Shown here in pieces: positions 49,008 through 58,267 of a stretch of 64,000 bases of DNA (position 1 is its first letter; each line of letters begins with the position of its first letter). This DNA is from Nannocystales bacterium. Lineage in GTDB: Bacteria; Myxococcota_A; Polyangia; Nannocystales; Nannocystaceae. The notes beneath the pieces were generated by a model that worked only from the letters and a program-made list of their open reading frames with translations, made no database searches and was not told the DNA's origin. The stretch lies in contig JBOEGF010000010.1 of the NCBI GenBank assembly GCA_050633305.1, forward strand, positions 224,001 through 288,000. Reading direction: 5' to 3'. The translations under genes were made by a program, and so were the position numbers.

Positions 49008-49476
49008 TCCGCGCCAGATACAGCTGGGTCAGCTTGAGGTTGAGCTCGGAGAAGTTGATGGGCTTTCCAACGACTGCGCTGGCTCGGACGGCGTCAAAGT
49101 CGAACTCGTCGGAGTGGGCGAACGCTGTGACGAACAGGATCGGGATGTCCCCGCACGACGCTGGGAGCCCGCGCGCGAACGCGGGAAGCTCGACGTCGAG
49201 GACTTCCCCTCGCATCACCCGTGCGAGTTGAAATCCATCCAGGTCGGATCCTCGGAGCTGGAGATCCATGAGCACGGCGTCGATCGTGGTCCCGGAGGTC
49301 CGCAACGCCTCGCAGGCTTCCTGATCCGTGGTTGCGATCAACACTTCGTAGCGTTTTCGCAGTTGAAGCTCCGCGACCTTGACGTTGTCCAGCTCGTCCT
49401 CCACGAGCAGGACGGTGCCGCGCGTCCTCGAAGGCCGTGGCGGGTCGTGGTCTGGGTTGGCAGGGACGGGCTTCAA
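48994..49476 (-). CDS. Single-domain response regulator
   Basis: LLVEDE, LMDLQL, FVTA, KP; start overlaps the kinase stop. Confidence 0.85.
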   Translation of the reverse strand: MKPVPANPDHDPPRPSRTRGTVLLVEDELDNVKVAELQLRKRYEVLIATTDQEACEALRTSGTTIDAVLMDLQLRGSDLDGFQLARVMRGEVLDVELPAFARGLPASCGDIPILFVTAFAHSDEFDFDAVRASAVVGKPINFSELNLKLTQLYLARISSR

Positions 49477-50900
49477 CGGGCTTCGCCTTCGATCGTAGGA
49501 AGGAAGAGGGTGAACGTCGAGCCAACTCCAACCCGGCTGCGGAGCTCGATGCGGCCCCCATGAGCTTCGGCGAGCTGCCGGGCAATTGCGAGTCCGAGTC
49601 CGGTTCCTTGCTTGCCCTCAGTATGGCCCGAGCGCGGTACTTGTCGAAAGCTCTCAAAGATCGCCACGTGATGGGCTGCGTCGATTCCGGGCCCCTCGTC
49701 CTCGACCCACACGCGGACTCCGGAGGCGTCGGTCTCCATCCCGAGTCGAACCGTGGAATGGGGCGACGAGAACTTGATCGCGTTTCCGAGTAGATTGGTG
49801 ATGATCTGGACGAGTCGCGCCGAGTCTCCGCGAACCCAGGCTTCGGCGTCGAGGCGCACGTCGAGCTCGACTTCGCCCGTCTCGAGCGCGCTGCGGCACG
49901 CCGCTTGTGCCGACGCGAGGACCTCCGTGATTGCGACGCGCTGGAAGCTGAGGCTGTGTTTTCCAGCCGAGAGTCGGGACGCATCCAGAATGTCGTCCAC
50001 CAACTCGAGTAGATACCGGCCGTTGCGCGCCGCGACGTCGAGCAAGTCGTACAGCTCGTCGTGGGCTCCGGTGAACCGTCGGTGCTCATACCGCTCCAGG
50101 GGGGCATCGCACGAGGGGCACTGCGTCGCGGCCTCGTCATCAGCGTCGAGGACGAACGCGTGTCCGTTCTCGCACCGTGCCCGAGCTTCCGTCTCGAACG
50201 CCAGGAGCAGCCCCGCAGGGACGTTGATGATCGAGTTGAGCGGGGTTCGGATCTCGTGGCTGACGTTCGCGAAGAACTGGGTCCGTGCCTGGTTGAGCTC
50301 CTCGAGCTCCCGGTTCTTGCCCCGAATGACCCGGCCGGTTTCCAGGTTCCTCAAGAGGGAGTCAACCTTGAAGGCGACCACGCCAAAGGACTGCACCGAC
50401 TCCGGCGCAAGTGCGGCGGTCAGCGATGCTTTTTCTCTCCGGGTCCCACCGACGACCGCGCCTCGCAACGATCCATCGCCCACCGGAGCGACGTAGGCCT
50501 CGTGCAGCCCCAGTGCGACACACAGTGGATCTGAAGCGTCGACTTTGACCGCTTCGGTGTGCGCGAGAGCCTCGAGGGGAACCGACCGCCCTCGGTACCT
50601 CGGTGGCCCGCAGACCCCCGCCACGCTTGCCCCGCTGTCTGCGTCGCACAGCACGAGTGCGGCAAACTCCAGGTCGAACATCTCCACGAGCGCTTCGGCA
50701 CTCATGTCCGCAAACGCGTCGAGTTCTTCGACCGGGAGCGCACGGCGGGTGAACTCGGCGAGCTGTCGATAGCGTCGGACCTCCGCATCGAGCCGATCCC
50801 GGGTTTCGATCAGCTCCTGCTTCGTCGAGACCGCGCGAGTCTGTGACTGCCTCAACGAGAGCAGCTCTGCACGCAGCGCTTGGAGTTCTTCGCCGCTCAC
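49473..50900 (-). CDS. Soluble sensor histidine kinase (GAF-like + HisKA + HATPase) with a zinc-ribbon insert
   Basis: SHEIRTPL, NLLGNAIKF, DEGPGI, GTGLGL; GTG start overlaps the FIST gene stop. Confidence 0.9.
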   Translation of the reverse strand: MSGEELQALRAELLSLRQSQTRAVSTKQELIETRDRLDAEVRRYRQLAEFTRRALPVEELDAFADMSAEALVEMFDLEFAALVLCDADSGASVAGVCGPPRYRGRSVPLEALAHTEAVKVDASDPLCVALGLHEAYVAPVGDGSLRGAVVGGTRREKASLTAALAPESVQSFGVVAFKVDSLLRNLETGRVIRGKNRELEELNQARTQFFANVSHEIRTPLNSIINVPAGLLLAFETEARARCENGHAFVLDADDEAATQCPSCDAPLERYEHRRFTGAHDELYDLLDVAARNGRYLLELVDDILDASRLSAGKHSLSFQRVAITEVLASAQAACRSALETGEVELDVRLDAEAWVRGDSARLVQIITNLLGNAIKFSSPHSTVRLGMETDASGVRVWVEDEGPGIDAAHHVAIFESFRQVPRSGHTEGKQGTGLGLAIARQLAEAHGGRIELRSRVGVGSTFTLFLPTIEGEAR

Positions 50901-52105
50901 TTGCGCATCAGGCAGTACAAAGAGGTGGTGTAGTTGTGGAACTCGTTGTGACCGGCCAGCTCCGTAAACTCGCCGAACCCGTACATCCCTAGCCACGGAA
51001 CCGGCTTTCCCCCGGTGAGCGGGTGCTGCATGCGGGCGACGATCTCGTCCTTCATCACGCGGCCAAAAAGGAACCTTCCACGCGCGGCGCAGTCCGTATG
51101 CAGGACGGCGACGGGAGTGCGGTCGCCGGTCTGTTCCCGGAGCCGGCCGATCAGGCCCTCGAGGCCGCTGAAGATGAGGCTCTCGTCCCGCTCCATCAAA
51201 GTGAGCTTGGTGCCTTCGGGCACATCCACGGGGAGGTAGAAGCTGCCGTCGGCCTCCGTCTTCGCAATGACACGCAGGATGTGCGGGTTGTCGTTGGCGT
51301 CCCGTTGCTCGCCCGTGACTTCCACTCCGACCCCCGCGATAGGAATCATCGGCCCAGGGTGGGAATCCTCCGGCTGACCGAGCGCTTCCATGAGCACAGG
51401 CCAGCCCGGCTTGCCCTCGAGCTCGTAGACTCGGTTGCCTTCGCTGCGCGTCACTTCGAACGGCCGCCCCACCGGGACGCTGCCATGGTGTGCGCCTTGG
51501 ACCAGTTCCAGCGTTGGGTCGGCGATCCCGACGGCGACGGCCCCTCGTTCGAAGACCTGTTCTCCGAAGAACTGGAACGTGCTCTGCGCCTGCATGTTGT
51601 CGGAACTGGTTCCGCCGATCACGCGCACATCCTTGCCGAGCGCGGCTTCGAGTCCTCCGATCGCCTGATCGGCCGCAATGTCGATGCCTGAGGCAAGCAG
51701 ATAGACCGTGTGCACATCCTTGCCGAGCGCGGCCTCGAGCTCGTGACCCATTCGTTCCGCTTCGGCGCGGGAGTTCTCGCCGCGGATGTTGTCGCTGTGG
51801 GTGATATGGAAGTCCGTCGCCGGGCCCTTGACGAAGATCATCGCGAGACCTTTGAGCGTCTCGTTTGCGCCCTCTTTCCCGATGACGCCCGCGCAGGTGC
51901 ACCCCGCAACCTTTGCGTCGGGGCAACGCTTCCGGATCGTCGCGAGCAGCGTCTCGAAGTCATGCCCGACCGTGGTGTGGAACATGATGAGGTCGCAGTC
52001 GGCCTCACCACCCTCAAACGCGATGTCAAAGCACTCGCTCACGGCACGCTGGCCGTCGACGGAGCCACTCATGGCGGATGTGAACTCGAGCACCGGAGCA
52101 ATCAT
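50897..52105 (-). CDS. FIST domain signal-transduction protein
   Basis: GCTCAGVI, GGTSSD, SEGNRVYELEG, DCAAR, GMYGFGEF, HNYT. Confidence 0.9.
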   Translation of the reverse strand: MIAPVLEFTSAMSGSVDGQRAVSECFDIAFEGGEADCDLIMFHTTVGHDFETLLATIRKRCPDAKVAGCTCAGVIGKEGANETLKGLAMIFVKGPATDFHITHSDNIRGENSRAEAERMGHELEAALGKDVHTVYLLASGIDIAADQAIGGLEAALGKDVRVIGGTSSDNMQAQSTFQFFGEQVFERGAVAVGIADPTLELVQGAHHGSVPVGRPFEVTRSEGNRVYELEGKPGWPVLMEALGQPEDSHPGPMIPIAGVGVEVTGEQRDANDNPHILRVIAKTEADGSFYLPVDVPEGTKLTLMERDESLIFSGLEGLIGRLREQTGDRTPVAVLHTDCAARGRFLFGRVMKDEIVARMQHPLTGGKPVPWLGMYGFGEFTELAGHNEFHNYTTSLYCLMRK

Positions 52106-52207
52106 AAGGTTGTGCTCGGGTCAGGCGGCGGTCCGATTTGCGCCTTGCGCAGACACTTCCGCGGGTGTTCCGGGTGCGACGGATGTGCTCCGAGCACTGG
52201 AATCAAT

Positions 52208-52233
52208 TTGACCAAGGGTCCATTTTCGGTCAA
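52208..52233. promoter_or_regulatory. Candidate TetR operator
   Basis: TTGACC-N14-GGTCAA in an AT-rich patch just before the TetR ATG. Confidence 0.45.
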
Positions 52234-52244
52234 TTAGTCATTGC

Positions 52245-52946
52245 ATGGTTCGCGAAGATCCGGGAGTCCGTCGTTCGAGGCTGCTCGACGCGGCGGCGGC
52301 GTTGTTCGTCCGGCATGGGTTCGACAAGACGACGGTGTCAGACGTCGCCACCGAAGCGGGGGTGGGTAAGGGCTCGGTTTATCTGCACTTCTCGAGCAAG
52401 GAGGCGTTGCTCGAGGCGCTGATGCTGCGGGAGCTGCATGCGCTCTCGGAGGCCTGGTTCGAGGCCGTCATGGCCGATCCCCGAGGCGGCACGCTCGGTG
52501 GGATGTACAAGGCCACGCTTCAGGGGCTGCACAGCAGCCCCTTCATGTCCCGACTGATGAGGAAGGATTCGACCTTGTTGGGCCGGTACGTCCGTCGACC
52601 CGGGAACGTCTTTCAGGCGGCGAGTCGAGGGCACCAAACCCGGCATGAGGTCATCGGCATGATGCAGCGGGCTGGTGCGGTTCGAGATGACATCGATGCC
52701 AAAGTCGTCGCGCACATCATGAACATGATCTCCTACGGGATGGTCAGCCTCGATGGGGTCGTGCCGCCGGAGGAGATCCCATCACTCGAAGACACCCTCG
52801 ACGGCATCGCGATCATCATGGACCGAGCGCTGACACCCCGGGGGGTCCGAGCGGCGAGCGATGCGGGCAAGGCTGTTCTGGAAGAGGTCTTCACCGCCGG
52901 ACGTGTCCATCTGGCCGCCATGCTCGAAGCACAGGAGACGCCATGA
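52245..52946 (+). CDS. TetR/AcrR family regulator
   Basis: LFVRHGFDKTTVSDVATEAGVGKGSVYLHFSSKEAL. Confidence 0.93.
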   Translation: MVREDPGVRRSRLLDAAAALFVRHGFDKTTVSDVATEAGVGKGSVYLHFSSKEALLEALMLRELHALSEAWFEAVMADPRGGTLGGMYKATLQGLHSSPFMSRLMRKDSTLLGRYVRRPGNVFQAASRGHQTRHEVIGMMQRAGAVRDDIDAKVVAHIMNMISYGMVSLDGVVPPEEIPSLEDTLDGIAIIMDRALTPRGVRAASDAGKAVLEEVFTAGRVHLAAMLEAQETP

Positions 52947-53806
52947 TCGTCGTAGAGAATCTGTCGTTCACGTACCCCGGAGCGCCCAACCCCACCCTCG
53001 AGAGCCTTGATTTCGAGATCGCAGACGGTGAGATCCTCGGCTTCCTCGGCCCTTCAGGTGCGGGAAAGTCGACGACCCAGCGCATCCTCATCGGCTTGTT
53101 GGAAGGCTACGGAGGCCGTGCCGAAGTGATGGGCAAAGAAGTGCGGGACTGGGGCCCCTCGTTCTACGAGACGATTGGCGTCAGCTTCGAGTTGCCCAAC
53201 CACCACCAACGGCTCACGGCACTCGAGAACCTCCAGCACTTCGGCGCGCTGTACAAAGGCCCGCTGCTCGACCCCATGGAGGTGCTGCGTTGGGTCGACC
53301 TCGACGCAGATGCAGACAAACGGGTCTCCGACTTCAGCAAGGGCATGAAGATTCGGCTCAACGTGGCGCGGAGCCTGCTGCATCGTCCCAAGCTTCTCTT
53401 CCTCGACGAGCCGACCAGTGGTCTCGACCCCGTCAACGCAAAGCGGGTCAAAGACCTGGTGCGTCGACTCCAGGCGGAGGGGACGACGGTGTTTGTGACG
53501 ACGCACGACATGTCCGTGGCCGAGGCCCTTTGCGATCGGGTGGCGTTCATCTGCGACGGTGGTATCGCGGCGCTCGACAGCCCCGCCGCCCTCGAGAAGC
53601 GATACGGATCTCGCACGGTTGCCGTCGAGTGGCAGCGACCCTCGGGCGAGCTCGAGACGGAGACGTTCCCCATGGACGAACTGGGAAACAACGTCCGATT
53701 TCTCGAGTTGCTGCAGGGGGGGGCGCACATCGAGACACTGCACTCCCAGGAGACCACGCTCGAGAACGTGTTCATCGAGGTCACCGGGCAGAGGCTTCAG
53801 GCATGA
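52943..53806 (+). CDS. ABC exporter ATP-binding subunit (Rv2688c-like)
   Basis: GPSGAGKST, FSKGMK, FLDEPT, TTH. Confidence 0.93.
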   Translation: MIVVENLSFTYPGAPNPTLESLDFEIADGEILGFLGPSGAGKSTTQRILIGLLEGYGGRAEVMGKEVRDWGPSFYETIGVSFELPNHHQRLTALENLQHFGALYKGPLLDPMEVLRWVDLDADADKRVSDFSKGMKIRLNVARSLLHRPKLLFLDEPTSGLDPVNAKRVKDLVRRLQAEGTTVFVTTHDMSVAEALCDRVAFICDGGIAALDSPAALEKRYGSRTVAVEWQRPSGELETETFPMDELGNNVRFLELLQGGAHIETLHSQETTLENVFIEVTGQRLQA

Positions 53807-54531
53807 CACGGATGCTTGCCGCCCTCCGCACCGATGTCGCACTGCAGGCCCGAAACGGACTGTATGCGATCTCTGCTGTCTTCTCGGCGATCATGGCCGC
53901 CGCGCTCATCTGGCTGTCGTCAGCGTCCTCGCTACAACGCACCGTCCCGATGGGGATTCTGTTCGTGGTCGGGGGGTCGACCCTGATGTACGTCGTCGCG
54001 ATGGTGCTGCTCGAGCGCGACGACGGCACCCTCGAAGCCGTGTCGGTCTCGCCCCTTCGACCCCAGGAATACCTCGCCGCCAAGGTCGTTTCACTCAGCG
54101 GCCTCGCGGTGTTCGAGGGCCTCGTTCTCGTGGGCGTCGCGGTGGTGTGGCTCGACCGCAGCTCCCTCGGTGGCGCGACGACGCCGCTGCTCATTGCGGG
54201 CCTCGTCGGACTCGGTGTGCTGCACACCCTCGTCGGCATCATCATCGTCGTCCGCTACAGCCGGATCATGGAGGCGTTGATGCCGATGGGACTGGTCGCC
54301 GTCGTGTTTCAGGTCCCCGCGCTCTACTTCATTGGCGCGCTTCCCAGCCGGGTGGCCCTCGTCGTCCCGTCTGCAGCTCCGGCCATGCTCGTACGCGCTG
54401 CGTTCGTTCCCCTCGAAGGGTGGGAGTGGACCTACGCACTGGTCGGCACGGGGCTCTCGACCGTCCTCGCCGCGATCTGGGCTCACCGTGCTTTCGTACA
54501 CCACATCATCCGCAAAGGCGTGCGCGCATGA
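53803..54531 (+). CDS. ABC exporter permease 1
   Basis: Six TM; LLERDDGTLEAVSVSPL; ATGA overlaps. Confidence 0.85.
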   Translation: MTRMLAALRTDVALQARNGLYAISAVFSAIMAAALIWLSSASSLQRTVPMGILFVVGGSTLMYVVAMVLLERDDGTLEAVSVSPLRPQEYLAAKVVSLSGLAVFEGLVLVGVAVVWLDRSSLGGATTPLLIAGLVGLGVLHTLVGIIIVVRYSRIMEALMPMGLVAVVFQVPALYFIGALPSRVALVVPSAAPAMLVRAAFVPLEGWEWTYALVGTGLSTVLAAIWAHRAFVHHIIRKGVRA

Positions 54532-55286
54532 CCTCCATCGTTTCTATCCTCGGTCACCTCCTGCGCAACGACGCCCGACTGATCGCGCGCGACAAGATGC
54601 TTGGAACGATGACCGTGGTCGTGTTGTGCATGGGTGTGGGCATGCGCTACGGGCTGCCGGCGGTGGATGCTGCGTTGGCGAGCAGTGGGGTGATGCCTTC
54701 GGCGAGTTCAAGCCTTCGGTTCTCCGACACGTATCCCGCGTTTGCCGTGTTCATCGCGCTGTGGCAGGGCGCGAACTTCCCCGGTATCGTGTTTGGCTTC
54801 GTCCTCCTGGGGGAGAAGGAGGACAACACTCTGGAGGCGATGCGCGTCACGCCGCTGTCCCTGAAACGCTACGCCGGCTACCGAGTCGCGGTGTCGGCCG
54901 TCGCGGCGTTTGTGATCATCGTCTACCTTGCGCTGTCGATGGGCATCGCACAGCTTCCGCTGCTGCAGCTGTTGCCGTTCGCCGCGGGGGCATCTCTCAC
55001 GGCACCGCTGTCGCTGCTGGCCTACGCAACGTTTGCCGACAACAAGATTCAGGGGCTCGCCTACACCAAGTTCGGTGGACTGGCGGGCCTGCTCATCCTC
55101 GTGGGGTACTTCGTACCCGGTCCCTGGCAGTGGCTGCTCGGGGTTTTCCCCCCGTTTCTGGTCGCCAAAGGCTACTGGATGGCGCTGGAGGGGAACGTCG
55201 CAGCGGTTGCGCCCCTGCTCATCGGGGTCGTTCTCCAGCTCGTGCTGATCCGGGTCTTGCTTCGGCGGCTCAACGCCGCGACGTGA
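54528..55286 (+). CDS. ABC exporter permease 2
   Basis: Six TM; LGEKEDNTLEAMRVTPL; ADNKIQG. Confidence 0.85.
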   Translation: MTSIVSILGHLLRNDARLIARDKMLGTMTVVVLCMGVGMRYGLPAVDAALASSGVMPSASSSLRFSDTYPAFAVFIALWQGANFPGIVFGFVLLGEKEDNTLEAMRVTPLSLKRYAGYRVAVSAVAAFVIIVYLALSMGIAQLPLLQLLPFAAGASLTAPLSLLAYATFADNKIQGLAYTKFGGLAGLLILVGYFVPGPWQWLLGVFPPFLVAKGYWMALEGNVAAVAPLLIGVVLQLVLIRVLLRRLNAAT

Positions 55287-55370
55287 ACTTCCCGCGGATT
55301 CGACTTATGTGTGGTCGGCACCCCCCGCTGACCTTGAAGTGCGACACGCTCAGCAGGTATCTGCAACGTG

Positions 55371-56393
55371 ATGGAGGCGCGGCAATCTCGGTATGACATC
55401 CCAGCGTACACCGAGGGGTGGTTTCAGATCGCATGGACGAAGGACTTGGGTCGTGGCGAACTCAAGAAGGTGCGGCAGTTCGGCCACGACTACACGCTCT
55501 TCCGCGGCCAAGACGGCAAGGTCGGCCTGATCGACGACGTCTGTCCGCACCTGGGCGCACACTTCTCCGAAGGCGGGTGCGTCAAGGGCAACGCGGTGCG
55601 CTGTCCCTATCACGCGTGGAAGTTCGATCGCTCCGGTGCGTGCGTCGAGATCCCTTACGCAAAGAAGATCCCGAAGAAGGCCAAGGTCGGCTCCTACACG
55701 GTCGTGGAGAAGCACGGGCTGATCTTCATGTACCGGGACAAGGCTGGCACCCGACCCGACCCCCAACTCCCGCCGATTCACGATTTCCACGTCGGCGACT
55801 ACGTTGAAGCCTCGACCTACGAGTTCAAGATCCGCATCCACGGGCAGGACATCATGGAGAACTCGGTCGACAGCCCGCACTTCGCGGCCGTCCACGGGCA
55901 TGCAATGCCCACCAACGACTTCTTCACCGAGAAAGACGAGCTTCGGGTCGACCAGACCTCGTCGGTGCATCGGTTCGGTCAGACGCTGCACTTCAAGATC
56001 GAATTCCACATGGTGGAGCCCGGGTTCCACTACCTGTACTTTCCCAAGCTCCCCGGCGGCGAGGCGTTCGTGTTCAGCTCGATCGTCCCCGTGGATGAGG
56101 AGTTCACCAACCATCGTCTCACCGTGATGGTCAAGCGGAGCCGGATCCCCGGCTACTCGAGGATCCTGCAACGGTTCATCACCTGGCAGATGATGAAGAC
56201 CTACAAAGAAGACATGCAGATCTGGGAGCACAAGGAGTATCACTCGCGCCCCGTGCTCTGCGACGGCGACGGGTCGATCATGAAGCTGCGCAAGTGGTAC
56301 GCGCAGTTCTACGAGCCTCAGGACGACGCGCCGTCAAGTACCGCGAAGCGGTCCCACGCGCTGGGTGTCGTCTCGCCGGTGCAGGACTCGTAG
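55371..56393 (+). CDS. Rieske non-haem iron oxygenase, KshA/Neverland-like
   Basis: CPHLGAH...CPYHAW; ENSVDSPHFAAVH; DMQIWEHK...DGDGSIMKLRKWYAQFY. Confidence 0.88.
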   Translation: MEARQSRYDIPAYTEGWFQIAWTKDLGRGELKKVRQFGHDYTLFRGQDGKVGLIDDVCPHLGAHFSEGGCVKGNAVRCPYHAWKFDRSGACVEIPYAKKIPKKAKVGSYTVVEKHGLIFMYRDKAGTRPDPQLPPIHDFHVGDYVEASTYEFKIRIHGQDIMENSVDSPHFAAVHGHAMPTNDFFTEKDELRVDQTSSVHRFGQTLHFKIEFHMVEPGFHYLYFPKLPGGEAFVFSSIVPVDEEFTNHRLTVMVKRSRIPGYSRILQRFITWQMMKTYKEDMQIWEHKEYHSRPVLCDGDGSIMKLRKWYAQFYEPQDDAPSSTAKRSHALGVVSPVQDS

Positions 56394-56496
56394 CGTAGCG
56401 TGGCTCGGCAGGGTCCGGACGCGACACCTGGCGTCTGCGGGCCGGTCGCATCTGGAGCTGCTGAGACCGATCGTATACGAAACCGCGGCTCACGGC

Positions 56497-56997
56497 TCAG
56501 AGGGGGACGGCGCTGATGTATTCCCACGCTTCTTCGTCGAAGTCGGGAAAGCAGACCTTGCACGTTCCCGCTTTTGAGATGTCGTGGACCTCGGCGCGGC
56601 CGTCGCCATCGAGGCGGCCACGGCGCGTTCGGCCATCCGGGTCGAGGAGTTGATAGGCGACATGCGGAATCGGCTCGTCATCTTCACCGACCAACTCGAT
56701 CACCACGGAATGCATGGCGACGATTTCGCTCTCTTCGGCGGAGAGTTCCGAGAGGTCGACGGGATCGGCGCTGTCTCCAACGCGCGAGTGAAACCCGGAC
56801 CAGGTCTCGTAGACGAGTCTTCCTCGCGCGAGGGCTCGTAGAATCTCCTCCTGCACGTTCGGAGGATGAGAGTCTGTGAGGCCGACGAGTTCGGCCAATG
56901 CGCGGCATCCCGTGGGCTGGCTTGTGCATGCAAACACATCCAATTCCACCGCTCGTGGCACGTCGATGACTCGCGGAGTCGTATCTACAGACTCCAT
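56497..56997 (-). CDS. Hypothetical protein with C-terminal beta-sandwich (start uncertain)
   Basis: IELVGEDDEPIPHVAYQLLDPDG...GRLDGDGRA...CKVCFPDFD. Confidence 0.55.
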   Translation of the reverse strand: MESVDTTPRVIDVPRAVELDVFACTSQPTGCRALAELVGLTDSHPPNVQEEILRALARGRLVYETWSGFHSRVGDSADPVDLSELSAEESEIVAMHSVVIELVGEDDEPIPHVAYQLLDPDGRTRRGRLDGDGRAEVHDISKAGTCKVCFPDFDEEAWEYISAVPL

Positions 56998-57159
56998 GAT
57001 CCATCCGAACGCGGTCTGAACCCGGCGGGGCAACAGTGCCAAGCGTATGGGCAGAGTCCGACCCCATTCAATCACGGCTTGATGTCAGGGCATTGCTGCG
57101 CCCCCTACCGTGTCGCGAGAGTCTCGCGCGGCCAGCCCGTGAGCCTGCGGGGGGGGACC

Positions 57160-58248
57160 TCAGTGCAGCTGCGCCGTCGCGCCTTCGAACAACGCCACAG
57201 TTTCCTCTTCGGGCATCCGTCTCAGAGACAACAATGCCGACGCCTCCGTGGCCGCAGCGAGCTCCGCGTTCGCCGTCGTGACGATCCACTGCACACGTGG
57301 AAGCGTCGCTCGTAGCGTGCTCACCAGCTCTCGCGCAACCTCGGGGGGTTGATGCAGATCGATCTCATCGATTGCAACAACCCCTGTCGAGGTCCGTGGA
57401 TCCTGTCCGGGATAGGCCGCCCAGAGCATGCGCACTGGAATCGTGGCGATCGTCAGTAGGTGACGAACGTGGTTCGGCAGTCGGTCGAAAATGCAGACAT
57501 TGCCCGCCGGAGTGGTGAACGACGGTTCGAGCGAGACCGGGTCGACGCCATCGTAGGCGTACCCGACCAGGTCGAGGACGGCGCCTATCGCGTCGCGCAT
57601 CGCGTTGCCCAACAGACGTGTGTCCCAGGGACGGGTGCTGGACTCACGCAGGCGGTTGCGTTCGCGCTGCGTGCTGGGGGCGACCGCGGAGGAAACCTCG
57701 GCGTACGCGATCGCGAGCTTGGTGTCTCGGGTGCTCTCGGAGCGCGAGGCGTCGTCGAAGGTGGACGACGTTTTGACGTCGTAGTGCGCCACTGTGCGCA
57801 GGGGGGCGTGGAGTGACACCGCTTGGGGCGAGTACCACCGGGCCGCAGGAATCACGGTGAAGACAAAGCCTCCGCGTTCCTTGGCCTGCTTGTCGAACAT
57901 CGCTTGTTCTCTTCGCTGCAGTGCGGAGGCCTCTTCGTCGGGTCCGCGAGTTCGCATGTTGGGGGTGCAGACCACCAGAGGGTGTGGGCGCTCTGGGTCG
58001 TCGTCGCCCAGGTGCCAGTGACACATGGCCTGGGCTGGAGCGGTGGCGCCAGGCATCGAACGCCCGAGCAGGGCAACTGCGTGTCCAGGGCGAGTGGAGG
58101 ACAGCACCCGCAGCAGCGCGGTCTTGCCGACTCCACCGGCCCCATGCACCACGGTCACCATCCGGGGCTCACCGTCGATGTCACAGAATGGCACGTCCAG
58201 GGTGCCGAACGGTGACACGCCGAAGAGCTGAGCCCGAGTCAGATACAT
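57160..58248 (-). CDS. ABC/AAA_21-like ATPase
   Basis: Walker A GAGGVGKT; Walker B IDEIDLH; QWIVTT; degenerate signature. Confidence 0.8.
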   Translation of the reverse strand: MYLTRAQLFGVSPFGTLDVPFCDIDGEPRMVTVVHGAGGVGKTALLRVLSSTRPGHAVALLGRSMPGATAPAQAMCHWHLGDDDPERPHPLVVCTPNMRTRGPDEEASALQRREQAMFDKQAKERGGFVFTVIPAARWYSPQAVSLHAPLRTVAHYDVKTSSTFDDASRSESTRDTKLAIAYAEVSSAVAPSTQRERNRLRESSTRPWDTRLLGNAMRDAIGAVLDLVGYAYDGVDPVSLEPSFTTPAGNVCIFDRLPNHVRHLLTIATIPVRMLWAAYPGQDPRTSTGVVAIDEIDLHQPPEVARELVSTLRATLPRVQWIVTTANAELAAATEASALLSLRRMPEEETVALFEGATAQLH

Positions 58249-58267
58249 CGCGCCTCGAGTGTACCGC

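Noticed and set aside
49473..51926. 817-aa kinase as listed in the ORF track
   Set aside because: The first ~340 aa are an Arg-rich shadow frame over the FIST gene; the likely start is GTG 50900
57160..58248. Complete retron or Septu defence system
   Set aside because: No reverse transcriptase, msr-msd or HNH gene is adjacent
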